Shown: positions 1 to 9,519 of the stretch, piece by piece
How positions within the stretch are numbered: the stretch's first letter is position 1
How the letters are laid out: each line of letters starts with the position of its first letter
Virus record (IMG/VR): IMGVR_UViG_3300048080_000659
Location: 1 to 54,031 of that record
Direction: 5' to 3' (one strand)
Length of the DNA stretch: 54,031 nt
Origin: a virus
Lineage: Duplodnaviria > Caudoviricetes
Notes under the pieces: model-generated
Databases searched by the model: none
Told to the model about the DNA's origin: nothing
What the model saw: the letters and a program-made list of their open reading frames with translations, nothing else
Made by a program: the position numbers and the translations under genes

Positions 1-135
1 GTCGTCGAGCCCCCCCGGCTGCACGCGCTCGAGGTCGAGCGGGTACGTCGAGCGCTGCGGCGCGAACGGGCTCGTCGGCTCGGCGGGATCGCCGTCGAGC
101 GATCGCGCGGGCGGCTGCGACTTGGCTGCGGGCAT
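1..135 (-). CDS. Partial hypothetical protein (runs off window start)
   Basis: ATG at 135 preceded by TAGGAT (142-147); open frame MPAAKSQPPARSLDG... to the window edge. Confidence 0.55.
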   Translation of the reverse strand, partial: MPAAKSQPPARSLDGDPAEPTSPFAPQRSTYPLDLERVQPGGLDD

Positions 136-150
136 GGTCGTATCCTACCG

Positions 151-558
151 TCAGGCGATCCCGCCGCCCATCTTTTTGTAGATGTCCGTCACCACGGCGT
201 AGAAGTCCTCGTATTCGCCGCCTTCCGCCGCCTCCTTGGCGCGCTCCCAGATGGCCTCGTCGGCGACCCACGCCGGGGGGTTGTGCGCGGGATCGACTTC
301 GAGACGGCCAACCGCTACATCACGCACGGCCATCTCAACGAGGCGTGCCAGCGCTTCTTCCTCGGGGAGCCCCGCTTCGATCTCGTCGGCCAGCGCGTTG
401 AACTGCTCGGCGTAGGACCGCAGCCCGAGCGCGAGATTCGGGACCGCTTCGGTCTGCGGCGTTGCGTCGCGCAGCCGCGCGAGGTTCTCCGATTCCATCT
501 CGCGCTCGAGATGGCGGCTTGCCCAGTCGGCCAGCGGTTCATCCTGCGCGGCGAACAT
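151..558 (-). CDS. Hypothetical head-module protein with N-terminal WASRHL motif
   Basis: Acidic 135-aa ORF co-oriented downstream of the MuF-like gene; C-terminal IWERAK...YAVVTDIYKKMGG. Confidence 0.7.
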   Translation of the reverse strand: MFAAQDEPLADWASRHLEREMESENLARLRDATPQTEAVPNLALGLRSYAEQFNALADEIEAGLPEEEALARLVEMAVRDVAVGRLEVDPAHNPPAWVADEAIWERAKEAAEGGEYEDFYAVVTDIYKKMGGGIA

Positions 559-573
559 CGCGATCTCACCGTG

Positions 574-1521
574 CTACGCGGGGACCAGCGGTGTCAAGGA
601 CGGCACGGCCGGCTGCACGGGGCCCGGGCCTTCGCCGCCGGGCTTCGTCGTGGCCGAGTCGTCCCATTCAGGACGCCATGGAATGGCGACCCCACGATCA
701 TTACTTCGATTCGGGGGCATGAGAAATTCGACGGTCTCAACGACGACGCCCTTGCTGTTCTTGCGCTCCCACACGAAAGGCTTGTTCACCGGCTGAACTT
801 GACCGTGCAACTCCTTCGAGTCCTCACCCGTGCGGTCGTCGAACGTTTCGATCAACTTCTTCTGCATCCCTGGCAGATCATCCCGCACCATCGCTTCCAT
901 CGTTCGTTGCTTCACGATCCCGTAACTATACGACAGCTCTGTTCTGACTATCCGCTCGGCCCGCCAGCGCTGGCCATCGAAGATCCCGTCCACGCCCGCC
1001 ACGCGATCGACCGCCGCGTCCACGCCTTCCCCCGTCACGATCGACTGCGCCATCTCCAGCTTGATCTTCTCGACGACGGGTCGCGTGTAGAGCCGCACGG
1101 ACTTCTCGTACCGATCGAGTAGCGACGGCTGGACGCGCTGATAGATCCCGCGCAGCACGGCGGCCTGCTCGACTTGCAACACGGGAGTGTGGCCCGTGAA
1201 CTTCTGCTCGAGCTTCTTCGTCGCCGAGATCAAGTGCCGCGCTCCGAGCGTTCCCGCGAGCGCACCTTGCTTGGTCAGATGCACGGCAAGTTCCTGCTCG
1301 AACGTGCGCAGCCCGTCGCGCACCTGGAGCAGCATGATCCGCAGATGGTGCGCCGTGAACGCCTGGCCGCGGCCCTGCGCGCGCAGCTTGGCGAGCCGTG
1401 TCTCGAGGTCGGCGCGCGCCGCCTCGTACACGCCGCGCATGCGTTTGACCCCGCGCAGTTCGATGACCCCGCGGAGCTGTGCGCGGTGCAGGCGCAGGAC
1501 GTCGGTCACCGCGGACGGCAT
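574..1521 (-). CDS. Phage head morphogenesis / minor capsid protein (MuF, SPP1 gp7-like)
   Basis: RAERIVRTE motif, DDRT..DS..LHGQ and PPNRSNDR (variant of PP.HPNCRC); close to portal. Confidence 0.85.
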   Translation of the reverse strand: MPSAVTDVLRLHRAQLRGVIELRGVKRMRGVYEAARADLETRLAKLRAQGRGQAFTAHHLRIMLLQVRDGLRTFEQELAVHLTKQGALAGTLGARHLISATKKLEQKFTGHTPVLQVEQAAVLRGIYQRVQPSLLDRYEKSVRLYTRPVVEKIKLEMAQSIVTGEGVDAAVDRVAGVDGIFDGQRWRAERIVRTELSYSYGIVKQRTMEAMVRDDLPGMQKKLIETFDDRTGEDSKELHGQVQPVNKPFVWERKNSKGVVVETVEFLMPPNRSNDRGVAIPWRPEWDDSATTKPGGEGPGPVQPAVPSLTPLVPA

Positions 1522-1974
1522 CTATCGCCCCGGCATCGGCGGCGGCTCTTTGCCGGCATCGATCGCGCGTTCGCGGTCATGCACCGCATCGTGACATTTT
1601 TCGCAAAAAATCGTGAGGAACCGATCGTCTTTCGGCCCGTCGGCCTTCGTCGCGGCGGCGCGGATCTTCGGATTCTTCCAGGCGTCAGGGTCCTCGAAGA
1701 TTTCCTTGGGGTGCCCGCTCTGATGGTCAAGTTCGAGGTCTTCCTTCGGCGTCGGGCAGTGCGGATTCGAGCACCGCCACTTGGCGGCGCGGAACAGCGC
1801 AAGGGCCCGCTCCGGCGGCACGCCGCCTTCGCCTTCGTGTGCGAGCGTCACGCCGTGCTCTTTGGCCTCCGCGCGGATCTGCTCGAGCACGGCGGCCTTG
1901 TCTCGCGAGGTGCCGCGCGCGCGACGGTCGGCCAGCACACGCCGCCGCGCCCAGCGCTCGTATACAGGGGGCAC
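1522..1974 (-). CDS. HNH-like (zinc-binding) nuclease-fold protein
   Basis: WRCSNPHC...LELDH...CEKCHDAVH pattern. Confidence 0.65.
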   Translation of the reverse strand: MPPVYERWARRRVLADRRARGTSRDKAAVLEQIRAEAKEHGVTLAHEGEGGVPPERALALFRAAKWRCSNPHCPTPKEDLELDHQSGHPKEIFEDPDAWKNPKIRAAATKADGPKDDRFLTIFCEKCHDAVHDRERAIDAGKEPPPMPGR

Positions 1975-1978
1975 GGTG

Positions 1979-2569
1979 CTACCCGCCTGTGTTCTGCACC
2001 GGAATCGGCGGCGCGTTCAAGTCCTGCGCCCGCGCGACCGGGACACCGCGGCCTTCGGTCGGGAACGCGGCGAGCGACCCGTCCCCGCCCATCGCCTGCT
2101 GGAACTCGGCGAAGCCCCCCAGCTCGGCTTGTGTCTCCGGCGATACCTCTCCGCGCATGGCGTCGTAGCCCGTGGCCGGGACGAGGTCGGGGACCGTGCT
2201 CATCAGCTCGGCGTACGTGTCGCGGTTGCCGGGCTTGACGAGGTGACACGACGATGCGAACGGCAGCACCTTCGCGGGCGGTCGCCCCGGATGCGGAACC
2301 GTCATGTTCGGCTGCGGCGCGTAGAACACGGCACCGTTCGGCTGCCGCGGCGGGGCCTGGATCGCGGATGCCGGCGCGGGTGCCTGCACGGTCAGCGGCA
2401 CCAGGATGTATCCGTGTTGCGGATGGATCGCGTAGCCGTAGCCCGGCGGCGGTGCCGGCAACGTCGGCGCGGCAGGGGGCGGTGCCGCTCGCTCCACAGG
2501 ATCGGCGGGGGTGTGCCCGGCCCGCGAGACGTGCCGTGCGGCCCACGCCGTGAAGCGGTTCTCAGCCAT
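1979..2569 (-). CDS. Pro/Ala-rich hypothetical protein
   Basis: Abuts neighbouring genes; TAACAT 6 nt upstream of ATG; N-terminal WAARHV motif. Confidence 0.65.
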   Translation of the reverse strand: MAENRFTAWAARHVSRAGHTPADPVERAAPPPAAPTLPAPPPGYGYAIHPQHGYILVPLTVQAPAPASAIQAPPRQPNGAVFYAPQPNMTVPHPGRPPAKVLPFASSCHLVKPGNRDTYAELMSTVPDLVPATGYDAMRGEVSPETQAELGGFAEFQQAMGGDGSLAAFPTEGRGVPVARAQDLNAPPIPVQNTGG

Positions 2570-2578
2570 GGCCCTATG

Positions 2579-2977
2579 TTACTCCCGTGCTCCCAGCTCC
2601 GCGACTAGGCGCGCCCAGTTCGCGGGCTCCGCGCGATCGTCGATGTAGACGTCGGCCGGCGGCTTCCCTGGCGCCTGCCACACCTCGTCGAACAGGCGCC
2701 ACAGCCCTTCGGATTGCAGAAAGCCGCGCATCTCGACGAAGCGGCGCCACTGATCCGAGATGCGCGGGTTGACCTCCCCCGTCCGGTAGAACGTGGCGAC
2801 CTCCTCGTCCACGACCGGGCCCGGGTCCATGGTCGTGCAGCGGGCGCTGTGCAGGATGATCTGGTGCCCCGCCGCCTTGAGCCGCGCGAGCGCCTCCCGC
2901 GCGCCGGGCACGTACGCGAACGGCGGGCCGCCTACTCGAACGATCGTGCCGTCGAAGTCCACGCTGAGACGAAGCAC
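2579..2977 (-). CDS. HAD-superfamily hydrolase-like protein
   Basis: VDFDGT motif I and GKP.ADVYIDDRA motifs III/IV. Confidence 0.85.
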   Translation of the reverse strand: MLRLSVDFDGTIVRVGGPPFAYVPGAREALARLKAAGHQIILHSARCTTMDPGPVVDEEVATFYRTGEVNPRISDQWRRFVEMRGFLQSEGLWRLFDEVWQAPGKPPADVYIDDRAEPANWARLVAELGARE

Positions 2978-4659
2978 TATGGCTTCCCGCCCTCACCGGC
3001 CGCGGGTGGCGGTGGTTCGCTGGCCACAGGCTCGTCGGGCAGAACCGGCCCGCCGTCGCCGAGCGCCGCGGACATCTCGGCCTCCTGCTCGGCCTTGACC
3101 TTCGCGAACACGGCGGCCGTGTCGCGGATGTCGAACACCGACGCGATCTGCTTGATGGCGCTCTCCGCGTCGATCAGCCCCGCGCCTTTCGCTGCCGCGA
3201 CGGTCGCGACCGCCTTCTGCTTGTCGTCTTCGGTGGGTGTGAAGTACGCGCCCCACTTGATGCGGATGTAGCCGCCGGGTCCAAGCGCGGGCGTGACGAG
3301 CACGCCGTTCTGCTTCTTGGGCGGCAGATTGAACTCGTACTTTCCGATCTTGCCCTCGCCCAGGTTGACGGTGCCGGTGAACTTCCGCGCGATCTTCTCG
3401 ATGATCAACAGGAGCGGCAGCACGCCGAGATCGCCGTACTGCGCGCGCAGGTCGTCCGCCTTCTCCAACATGGGCGCGTAGATGTACTCGATCGCCTTTG
3501 CCGACTGCGCGGCCCCCGAGATCGTCGCGGGGTCCACAAGCACGCACCGGATCACGGTGAGGATGTTCTGCTTGGTGAGGTCGCAGAGCTTCATGCCCGC
3601 ATCGACGCCGCTACCCGTGATCTCCATGTAGTGCGCGTTCCCGCCGGTGCCGACCATCAGAGCGTTGTCGCTGCCCTTCAGGATGCCGCCTTGCGCGCTC
3701 ACGACTTTCGGGTCCACGGAGATGACCGGTGTTGGGTCGAGGTTCAGCAGCACGGCCTTGTTCATCTGCGAGACGATGCGGTCGTACAGGTCGAACCCTT
3801 GCCAGGCGCCGTGACAGTCCGGGTCGCCGTCTTCCTGGTCGAGCACCGGCAGGTTCTGAATCCAGACGCCGGGGAAGAAGCCGAGGTTGTGCACGACTTC
3901 GGACTCGACGATCCAGTCCATGGTGGCCCCGGGCTCGAGCCGCACGGCCTTGTAGACCGTGTCGTCGTTTTCCGTGAGGATCCGACGGTAGAGGTACTCG
4001 ACCGTGCGCGTCCCTTTCACCTCGCCCGTTTTCTCGTCTGCGACGTCTTCCTCGACGGTGTACTTGTAGAGCGTGAGCAGCGCCATCGGTGTCAGCGTCC
4101 GCCGATCCTTCCAGACGATCTGGCAGTGCTTGGGGTTGTGGACTTCGAGACAGAAGCGTCCATCGCGCAGATGGACCGTCACCATCACGGAGCCGAGCGC
4201 CCCGCCCATGGTTCGCGCCTCGCGCATCTTGGGCCAGAACCGCATCTGCTCCATGGCCGCGAGAAGGAAATCCTCCGTGGCTGCGTCGCCTTCAACGGTG
4301 ATCTCCGGTCGTCGGCTCTCGCTGAACAGCAAGCCTGTGAAGCGATCGACTGCGGCCTTGCAGAGATTGAACGGACTCGTAGGCCGCTTGACCCGCACCG
4401 ACAGGCCGAGCGCCGGCTGAGTGAATCCGTACGGGACTTGAATCTCGGGCGAGACCGTCTCCATCTGGTCGGCCGACATTCCCCACCAGTCGTGCGTCAG
4501 GTGGTTGTAGTGCGTGCACGCGTAGAACGACTCGTATCGGTTGAGCTGCCGGAACCGCCGCGTCTCGCCGATGATCGCGTTCTCGTACAAGAACCGCTTG
4601 ATCTCGGGGTTGCGCGGGATCGGCCGCTGCGGTGCCGGCCCGCCGACGAGCGTGCTCAT
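2977..4659 (-). CDS. Phage portal protein
   Basis: 560 aa; NLCKAAVDRFTGLLF, HNLGFFPGVWIQN, AQSAKAIE (cf. SG.A) motifs of SPP1-like portals; upstream of MuF-like gene. Confidence 0.85.
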   Translation of the reverse strand: MSTLVGGPAPQRPIPRNPEIKRFLYENAIIGETRRFRQLNRYESFYACTHYNHLTHDWWGMSADQMETVSPEIQVPYGFTQPALGLSVRVKRPTSPFNLCKAAVDRFTGLLFSESRRPEITVEGDAATEDFLLAAMEQMRFWPKMREARTMGGALGSVMVTVHLRDGRFCLEVHNPKHCQIVWKDRRTLTPMALLTLYKYTVEEDVADEKTGEVKGTRTVEYLYRRILTENDDTVYKAVRLEPGATMDWIVESEVVHNLGFFPGVWIQNLPVLDQEDGDPDCHGAWQGFDLYDRIVSQMNKAVLLNLDPTPVISVDPKVVSAQGGILKGSDNALMVGTGGNAHYMEITGSGVDAGMKLCDLTKQNILTVIRCVLVDPATISGAAQSAKAIEYIYAPMLEKADDLRAQYGDLGVLPLLLIIEKIARKFTGTVNLGEGKIGKYEFNLPPKKQNGVLVTPALGPGGYIRIKWGAYFTPTEDDKQKAVATVAAAKGAGLIDAESAIKQIASVFDIRDTAAVFAKVKAEQEAEMSAALGDGGPVLPDEPVASEPPPPAAGEGGKP

Positions 4660-4825
4660 CGGGCCATCCTACCAGAACCGAGCACGCGAACGACCGTGCG
4701 CCAGGCCCAAGCCCAAAGGCGCGACCACCACGAAGGCAACAGCACCGGCTCCGGGCGCACGAGAAGCGCCAGCGGCACGTCGCCGTAGGACGGACCCTCA
4801 TCGGGGGCCGTCGTCGGGTACAGGA

Positions 4826-5236
4826 TCACCGTCTGCGGGGCAGGCTCTTGGACAGCAGCAGCCCCGCCATCTGTGCCCGGCGGCGCAAGCGGCACTCCTC
4901 GATCCACGTCACGAACTCCTCGGGGCCGGGGAATCCCCCCAGGATCTCGTCCTCGGTGAACGCCAAGCGGAGCTGCGTGTTCCGCCACAGGTCGTCCTTC
5001 TGCAATCGCCCGTCGATGCGCGGCAGGTACTTGGCCGGGACGAAGCTGAAGCCGGTGTTCTCGAGCGCCGCGCGGTAGTCGATGATCTTGCGGCCGGAGA
5101 TGGCCGCTTCGAGATGCTCGCGGCGCAGCTTCGGGTCGAAGGCCGGCGTCTGGTTGACCGAACCGTGGTCCTGCCCGCGGGCGATGCGGGCCAGCGTCTC
5201 GCCGAAGGCCGCCTCGTCGAACCGCGGGCCGGCCAC
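4826..5236 (-). CDS. Hypothetical protein
   Basis: Protein-like composition, co-oriented within head module. Confidence 0.6.
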   Translation of the reverse strand: MAGPRFDEAAFGETLARIARGQDHGSVNQTPAFDPKLRREHLEAAISGRKIIDYRAALENTGFSFVPAKYLPRIDGRLQKDDLWRNTQLRLAFTEDEILGGFPGPEEFVTWIEECRLRRRAQMAGLLLSKSLPRRR

Positions 5237-5239
5237 AAC

Positions 5240-5380
5240 TCAGTCGCCTTTGGCGCCGAGCGGAGTGAGGGGGTCGGCCTCGACGTGCTTGGGCTCGGTC
5301 TTGACCCCGGCGTCGAGCCGCGGCTGCGGCTCCGGCTTGGCGGTCTCGGCCGCTTCCTTCCACTGCTTCTCGTTCGACAT
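5240..5380 (-). CDS. Small hypothetical protein (46 aa, MSNEKQWKEAAE...), absent from ORF track
   Basis: ATG at 5380 preceded by TAGGAT (5388-5393); TGA at 5240-5242; fills the gap between neighbours. Confidence 0.6.
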   Translation of the reverse strand: MSNEKQWKEAAETAKPEPQPRLDAGVKTEPKHVEADPLTPLGAKGD

Positions 5381-5393
5381 GCGCGCGATCCTA

Positions 5394-5663
5394 CTACATC
5401 TTGGTCCGGTCTACGGGCGGCCCCTCCATTTCACGTCGGCGCGCATGGATCTCGGGTTCGGTCATGACGCCGGGCTTCGTGGCGAACAGGGCCACGTAGT
5501 CCGTCTCCTTCATCACGTCATCGTGAATCTGCGCTGCCAGCGGCGACGAGGCTACGATGGGCAGACGCTTGAAGTCGGCCGTGGCCGCCGCCACGGACGA
5601 GACGCCCTTCTTCAGCAACACGACCTCGAAGGACTCAGTGTGCACGGGGTAGTTGGGATCCAT
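5394..5663 (-). CDS. Hypothetical protein
   Basis: AAGGA RBS upstream; protein-like composition. Confidence 0.65.
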   Translation of the reverse strand: MDPNYPVHTESFEVVLLKKGVSSVAAATADFKRLPIVASSPLAAQIHDDVMKETDYVALFATKPGVMTEPEIHARRREMEGPPVDRTKM

Positions 5664-5886
5664 CTTTTCCTTTCACGCGCGCCTGCACGAGGGTGACCAG
5701 CGCCCCGTCAAGGCGCTCGAGGGTCCCGCGTGCCGGCGAGACTTGACCGTTTTCGACCCGAGTGATCTCACGCGCGCTCACGCCCGCGGCCATGGCCAGC
5801 TCGCTGAGCTTGACCCGGAACACCGCGCGCAGAAGGCGCAAGGATTGCACTCCATCGACTGTGCCAGCGTGTCTCGAAAGGGTCAA
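5635..5886 (-). CDS. XRE-family HTH DNA-binding protein
   Basis: LSELAMAAGVSAREITRVENG..SP HTH pattern; true start probably GTG near 5850. Confidence 0.75.
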   Translation of the reverse strand: MTLSRHAGTVDGVQSLRLLRAVFRVKLSELAMAAGVSAREITRVENGQVSPARGTLERLDGALVTLVQARVKGKDGSQLPRAH

Positions 5887-6065
5887 GGCGTGATGACGCC
5901 GTCATCCTCCACGTCGATGATCCCCTCGCCCGGCTTGAATCGTTTCGGGAGTTTCTCGATGTCTTCAGCTTCGCGGCGCAGCGCCTCCCGAAACCACGAC
6001 GCCACATCATCGTCCGTGTGCTGCGTGGGGAGGTCTTTCGCGGGCGGTTCCTTCGGTATCGTCAT
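5883..6065 (-). CDS. Small acidic hypothetical protein
   Basis: ATG overlaps the zeta-like stop (ATGA coupling). Confidence 0.55.
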   Translation of the reverse strand: MTIPKEPPAKDLPTQHTDDDVASWFREALRREAEDIEKLPKRFKPGEGIIDVEDDGVITP

Positions 6066-7126
6066 GGTTCTTCTGCCCTCCGGGTACGAGCCTGAAATTC
6101 TGCGTACAGACCGGCGTTGTGCACGGTCTCCTTCCCCCCGCGCCATGACCAGACCGAAACCGGATCTTTCTCCGTTGTGTTCATGATGTCGGCAGAATCC
6201 GCTTCGCGCATGACCCTTGCCATGCTGGCAGGGACGTACTTGTGAATCTCGCGAATGTCCTTTTCTGCGACGCTGCGTCCGGTCTGCTCTGCACGCTTGG
6301 CCGCACGCTCAACGGCCAAGTTCACGTCTAGGTCAGCACCGAGGACCGTCACGTGATACCCATCAGCCTTGAGCCGACGGATCAGCCCGAGGTATTCCTC
6401 GGCGTTCCTACCTGTGCCGTCTACCAGCATGTTCTTTCGCTGCGCGATCGCCGCATCTCGAATGGCGCGCCCCAGGTATGACGATTCCGCGTGCACCTTG
6501 AACGCAGCATCGCGCGTGCTCACTCCCTGATGCCCCGTGTGATCGATGCCCGTAAGGAACTCGGGCAATTTCGATTTGACCTCGTCAGAATCGACGTGCA
6601 CGAACTCGCTCTTGTCCACGCCGCGGGTCATGGACGACTTGCCGGACGCGGTGCCGCCCATCATGAGAATGGCTCGGGGCCGCTTGTCGGCGGGGACGGG
6701 ATCAACATGGTCGAGAAATTCGGCCTTGATGTTCTTGTGCAACCGCGCGCGCGCCTGGTCCGTGACGCGCGCGCTAGAGTCCTTGTACGGATCCTTGTCC
6801 ATGTACTTCGTCCACGTCGGTGGTGTGCCGGCAGTCTCACGCCATTTGCGGGCCGCCGGGATCGGGAACTTCGTCGCCGCGCGGTCTTCGATCTCTTTCG
6901 TGATTGCCCCAGGCCGTGGATCGCGCGCGCGTCCTTGATCCTTGAGCTTCTTCGCCGCCAGTTCTGAAACCCAAAAAATTTGATGGTGCTGCTTCCCCGC
7001 GCGCGTGACTTCCTTCTCGACCGGCACGAGACCTGCGCGCGGCCCGGCGTAACGACGACGCTCATTGAACCCTGCGGGTAGTCGAAGGCGCCGCTTTGCC
7101 CAGCCGGCTTGTTCGTTCTCGGGCAC
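6062..7126 (-). CDS. Zeta-toxin-like P-loop kinase with N-terminal extension
   Basis: GGTASGKS Walker A, VDSDEVK..LPEF, VHAESS, LVDGT, RA.QTGRSV motifs of the Zeta_toxin/AAA_33 family. Confidence 0.85.
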   Translation of the reverse strand: MPENEQAGWAKRRLRLPAGFNERRRYAGPRAGLVPVEKEVTRAGKQHHQIFWVSELAAKKLKDQGRARDPRPGAITKEIEDRAATKFPIPAARKWRETAGTPPTWTKYMDKDPYKDSSARVTDQARARLHKNIKAEFLDHVDPVPADKRPRAILMMGGTASGKSSMTRGVDKSEFVHVDSDEVKSKLPEFLTGIDHTGHQGVSTRDAAFKVHAESSYLGRAIRDAAIAQRKNMLVDGTGRNAEEYLGLIRRLKADGYHVTVLGADLDVNLAVERAAKRAEQTGRSVAEKDIREIHKYVPASMARVMREADSADIMNTTEKDPVSVWSWRGGKETVHNAGLYAEFQARTRRAEEP

Positions 7127-7139
7127 GTCTGCGAGCGTA

Positions 7140-7304
7140 TCACGCCGCGAGCTTGTCCTTGATCTGGCGCGCCGCCTCGAGGCACGTGATGCGAATCCAC
7201 GTCGAGAGCGGTAGACCCACGTGATCCGCAGCCGCCTCGAGCATCTTGCGCTCGGTCGGGTTCATGCGGACCTGGAACGGTTCGCGGTCGATCTGCTTCT
7301 TCAT
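7140..7304 (-). CDS. Ribbon-helix-helix DNA-binding protein (DUF1778/CopG-like)
   Basis: FQVRMNPTERKMLEAAA..GLPLSTWIR...EAA; GGAGG RBS. Confidence 0.75.
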   Translation of the reverse strand: MKKQIDREPFQVRMNPTERKMLEAAADHVGLPLSTWIRITCLEAARQIKDKLAA

Positions 7305-7366
7305 GATGCCCCCTCCGTGGGGTAAGTGTGGGCACAAACCCAGTTGAACGTCAACACAAAAGCCGG

Positions 7367-7931
7367 CTAGAGGAAAGGAACATGAGTCTGCTCAAGGAGC
7401 GCTAGGACCGCGGGGTCGTTCACCGCAAGCACTGCGAGCTTCGCTCCGAGCCGACAGCAGGCCGCGTGAAAGCCTTCCGCAAGATGATTCGACTCGAAAT
7501 GGTGTGAGAACTCGTGCAGCGCGAACTCGACTAGCGGCTCGACGTTGCGGGTCTGGATCGCTACGTGTAGCCCTCGGTCGCCGTAGTTCACGCGCAGGAA
7601 GTGTTCCGTTCGGCTGTACGTCCCGGCGAAGCCCCATCCGCGGTCGTTCACGACCTGGACGGTAGGGCGCACGTCAAGCAGCGCGAGGCCGAGGCGTTCG
7701 AGCAGCGCAGGCGTGCGCGAGGTTGGCGAAGCCATCCGGGTGATCATCTTGCACGGACAGGTTGACGAGAGCGCGGCCCTCGACCGGGTGCAGGTCCACG
7801 TGCACCTGCGTGACGCCCGAGCAGTCCCAAGCGTTCTGAAGCAGCTCGTGGAGGATGAACGCCTTGCCTCGGCGCTCGACCAGCTTGGCGAGCCCTTCCT
7901 TGTCCACGTCGAACCAGCTTGCTTGCTTCAC
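7367..7931 (-). pseudogene. Internally deleted, frameshifted GHKL (Hsp90-like) ATPase with HExxH C-terminus
   Basis: ELLQNAWD and VQDD.P.GF (GHKL N and G1 boxes) in one frame end near 7712; another frame gives LHEFSHH C-terminal segment. Confidence 0.6.
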
Positions 7932-8429
7932 GATGTTTCCTCCGTCCTCACGAGGCGCACCGCGCGGTCGGGACGACCTTTGCGCGTGGCGGGCTTGTGT
8001 TCTTCGCAGCGCTCGATGGAGCATGGTATCGACCTATCAACATTGAAGCGCCGGCCCAGGCAGATCCAATACGGCTCACCTTGCTGAAAATGTCCGAGCA
8101 GCCGGTAGGTCGCGTCTCCGGCTGCCTCATAGATGTCCGGCCGCTGTCCCCGAAACTGGAAGCGGTCGCCGGGGGCGAGGTCGTGCAGTTTCACGACTGC
8201 ACCCCCGCCACCGCTACGCGCGGCTCACGGTCACCACGAACGCGCAAGCGCGGCTGAACAAAGGCGCGCACGCGCTCAAGTTCGACGGTCTCGGGGTCGC
8301 CGCCCGCCATCACGCCGAGCGCATCTGCGAGACAGTCTAGGAGCGCGGCCTTCGAGAGCCCTAGCAAGTAGTTGTGAACCTCTCGCTGCATGGGCGTCGT
8401 GACCCCTTTCTTCAAGCCGCGGCCGAGCG

Positions 8430-9008
8430 TCATGTCGCCACTCCCGCCACCGCTCGCGCGGTCTCGATCGAACCCGGATTCCTGTACGCCTGCCAGCACC
8501 CCAGGCTCGGCGTCCAGCGAAATCCGCGCGACTTGAGCCGCGTGCGGACTTCCACCGCAGGCTTCCCCGGGAAGAACAACCGCACGCGGTTCTCGGCCGG
8601 AGCGTCTTCGAGCCGTGCGTTCGCGCCTTCCGCGCTTGTGTCGGGCGTCGCCTGCACCCGCTCGACCACCACCGCGCGGCCCTTGAGCCGGCGGATGTTC
8701 GCGGCGTTGTTCGTGAGCAGGTAGTTCGGAAAGCCGATCCGGCCGGCGAAGTCAGGCAGGAGCAGCTTGCGCGCGACGATCTCTCCGATCTCTCCGTGTC
8801 CGAGTGCGACCAGGGCCGCGACCTGGGCCTCGGGGCCTTCCTTGGCGTGCGCTCGGATTGCGGCGTTCGCGGCCTTCATGACTTCCTGCTGGCGTTCGTA
8901 GGAGGCGCGCTCCTGTTCGGCGCGTTGCTCGGGGACGAAGGACGTGCCTCCGTGCGCGCGGCGGGCGAGGTCTTCGGGGATGTCGTTGACGAAGTCAGTG
9001 GTTTCCAT
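8430..9008 (-). CDS. DUF3560-like protein, probably internally shortened
   Basis: LTNNAANIRRLK.R, NRVRLFFPGKP...R..LK..GFRWTPS...WQ C-terminal motifs; GGAG RBS. Confidence 0.6.
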   Translation of the reverse strand: METTDFVNDIPEDLARRAHGGTSFVPEQRAEQERASYERQQEVMKAANAAIRAHAKEGPEAQVAALVALGHGEIGEIVARKLLLPDFAGRIGFPNYLLTNNAANIRRLKGRAVVVERVQATPDTSAEGANARLEDAPAENRVRLFFPGKPAVEVRTRLKSRGFRWTPSLGCWQAYRNPGSIETARAVAGVAT

Positions 9009-9010
9009 GT

Positions 9011-9334
9011 TCAGGCTCCTTTCTCGACGCGCTTCCATGCCCACGGGGACTTCCCCGCAAACTTGACCGCAGCTTCTTTCAGGAACTTCGGCGCGCGCTC
9101 GATCTTGCCGTCGCCGTCGATCCTGAAAGTACCCGCGCGCCGCGCCCAGCCGTTCGAGAGCATCTTCATGACGGCGCCAGTGATAGCCCCATCGTCGTGC
9201 TCCTTGCGGCTTACCTCGAAGAAGTACCCGGCGTCCCCCTCGTGCCACGCGTTCGAGGAGCCGCCCGCCGCGACGCACGCAGCGCCCCAGGCTTCCAGAA
9301 CCAAACCCGCTTCTTTTCTGCATGACCAGCCCAT
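9011..9334 (-). CDS. Hypothetical early protein
   Basis: AGGAAGGA RBS, directly downstream of conserved promoter. Confidence 0.7.
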   Translation of the reverse strand: MGWSCRKEAGLVLEAWGAACVAAGGSSNAWHEGDAGYFFEVSRKEHDDGAITGAVMKMLSNGWARRAGTFRIDGDGKIERAPKFLKEAAVKFAGKSPWAWKRVEKGA

Positions 9335-9363
9335 TTCGTTCCTTCCTTTCTGTCTCCATGATT

Positions 9364-9499
9364 AGTATACGCGCCGTATGGCCGGCGTCAACACAAAAAC
9401 AACCGTGCTTAGACACGGTGCATAGACGCAGCGCACACACCGCGAACCGGCCGGTACAGGGCAGATTTGTGTTGACGGCGCCAGTACGGCGTCTATACT
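9364..9499. promoter_or_regulatory. Divergent pair of conserved early promoters (TTTGTG-TTGACG-N16-TATACT)
   Basis: Minus-strand copy 9364-9399 and plus-strand copy 9466-9499. Confidence 0.85.
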
Positions 9500-9519
9500 G
9501 ATTATGGAGGCAATGAGAG

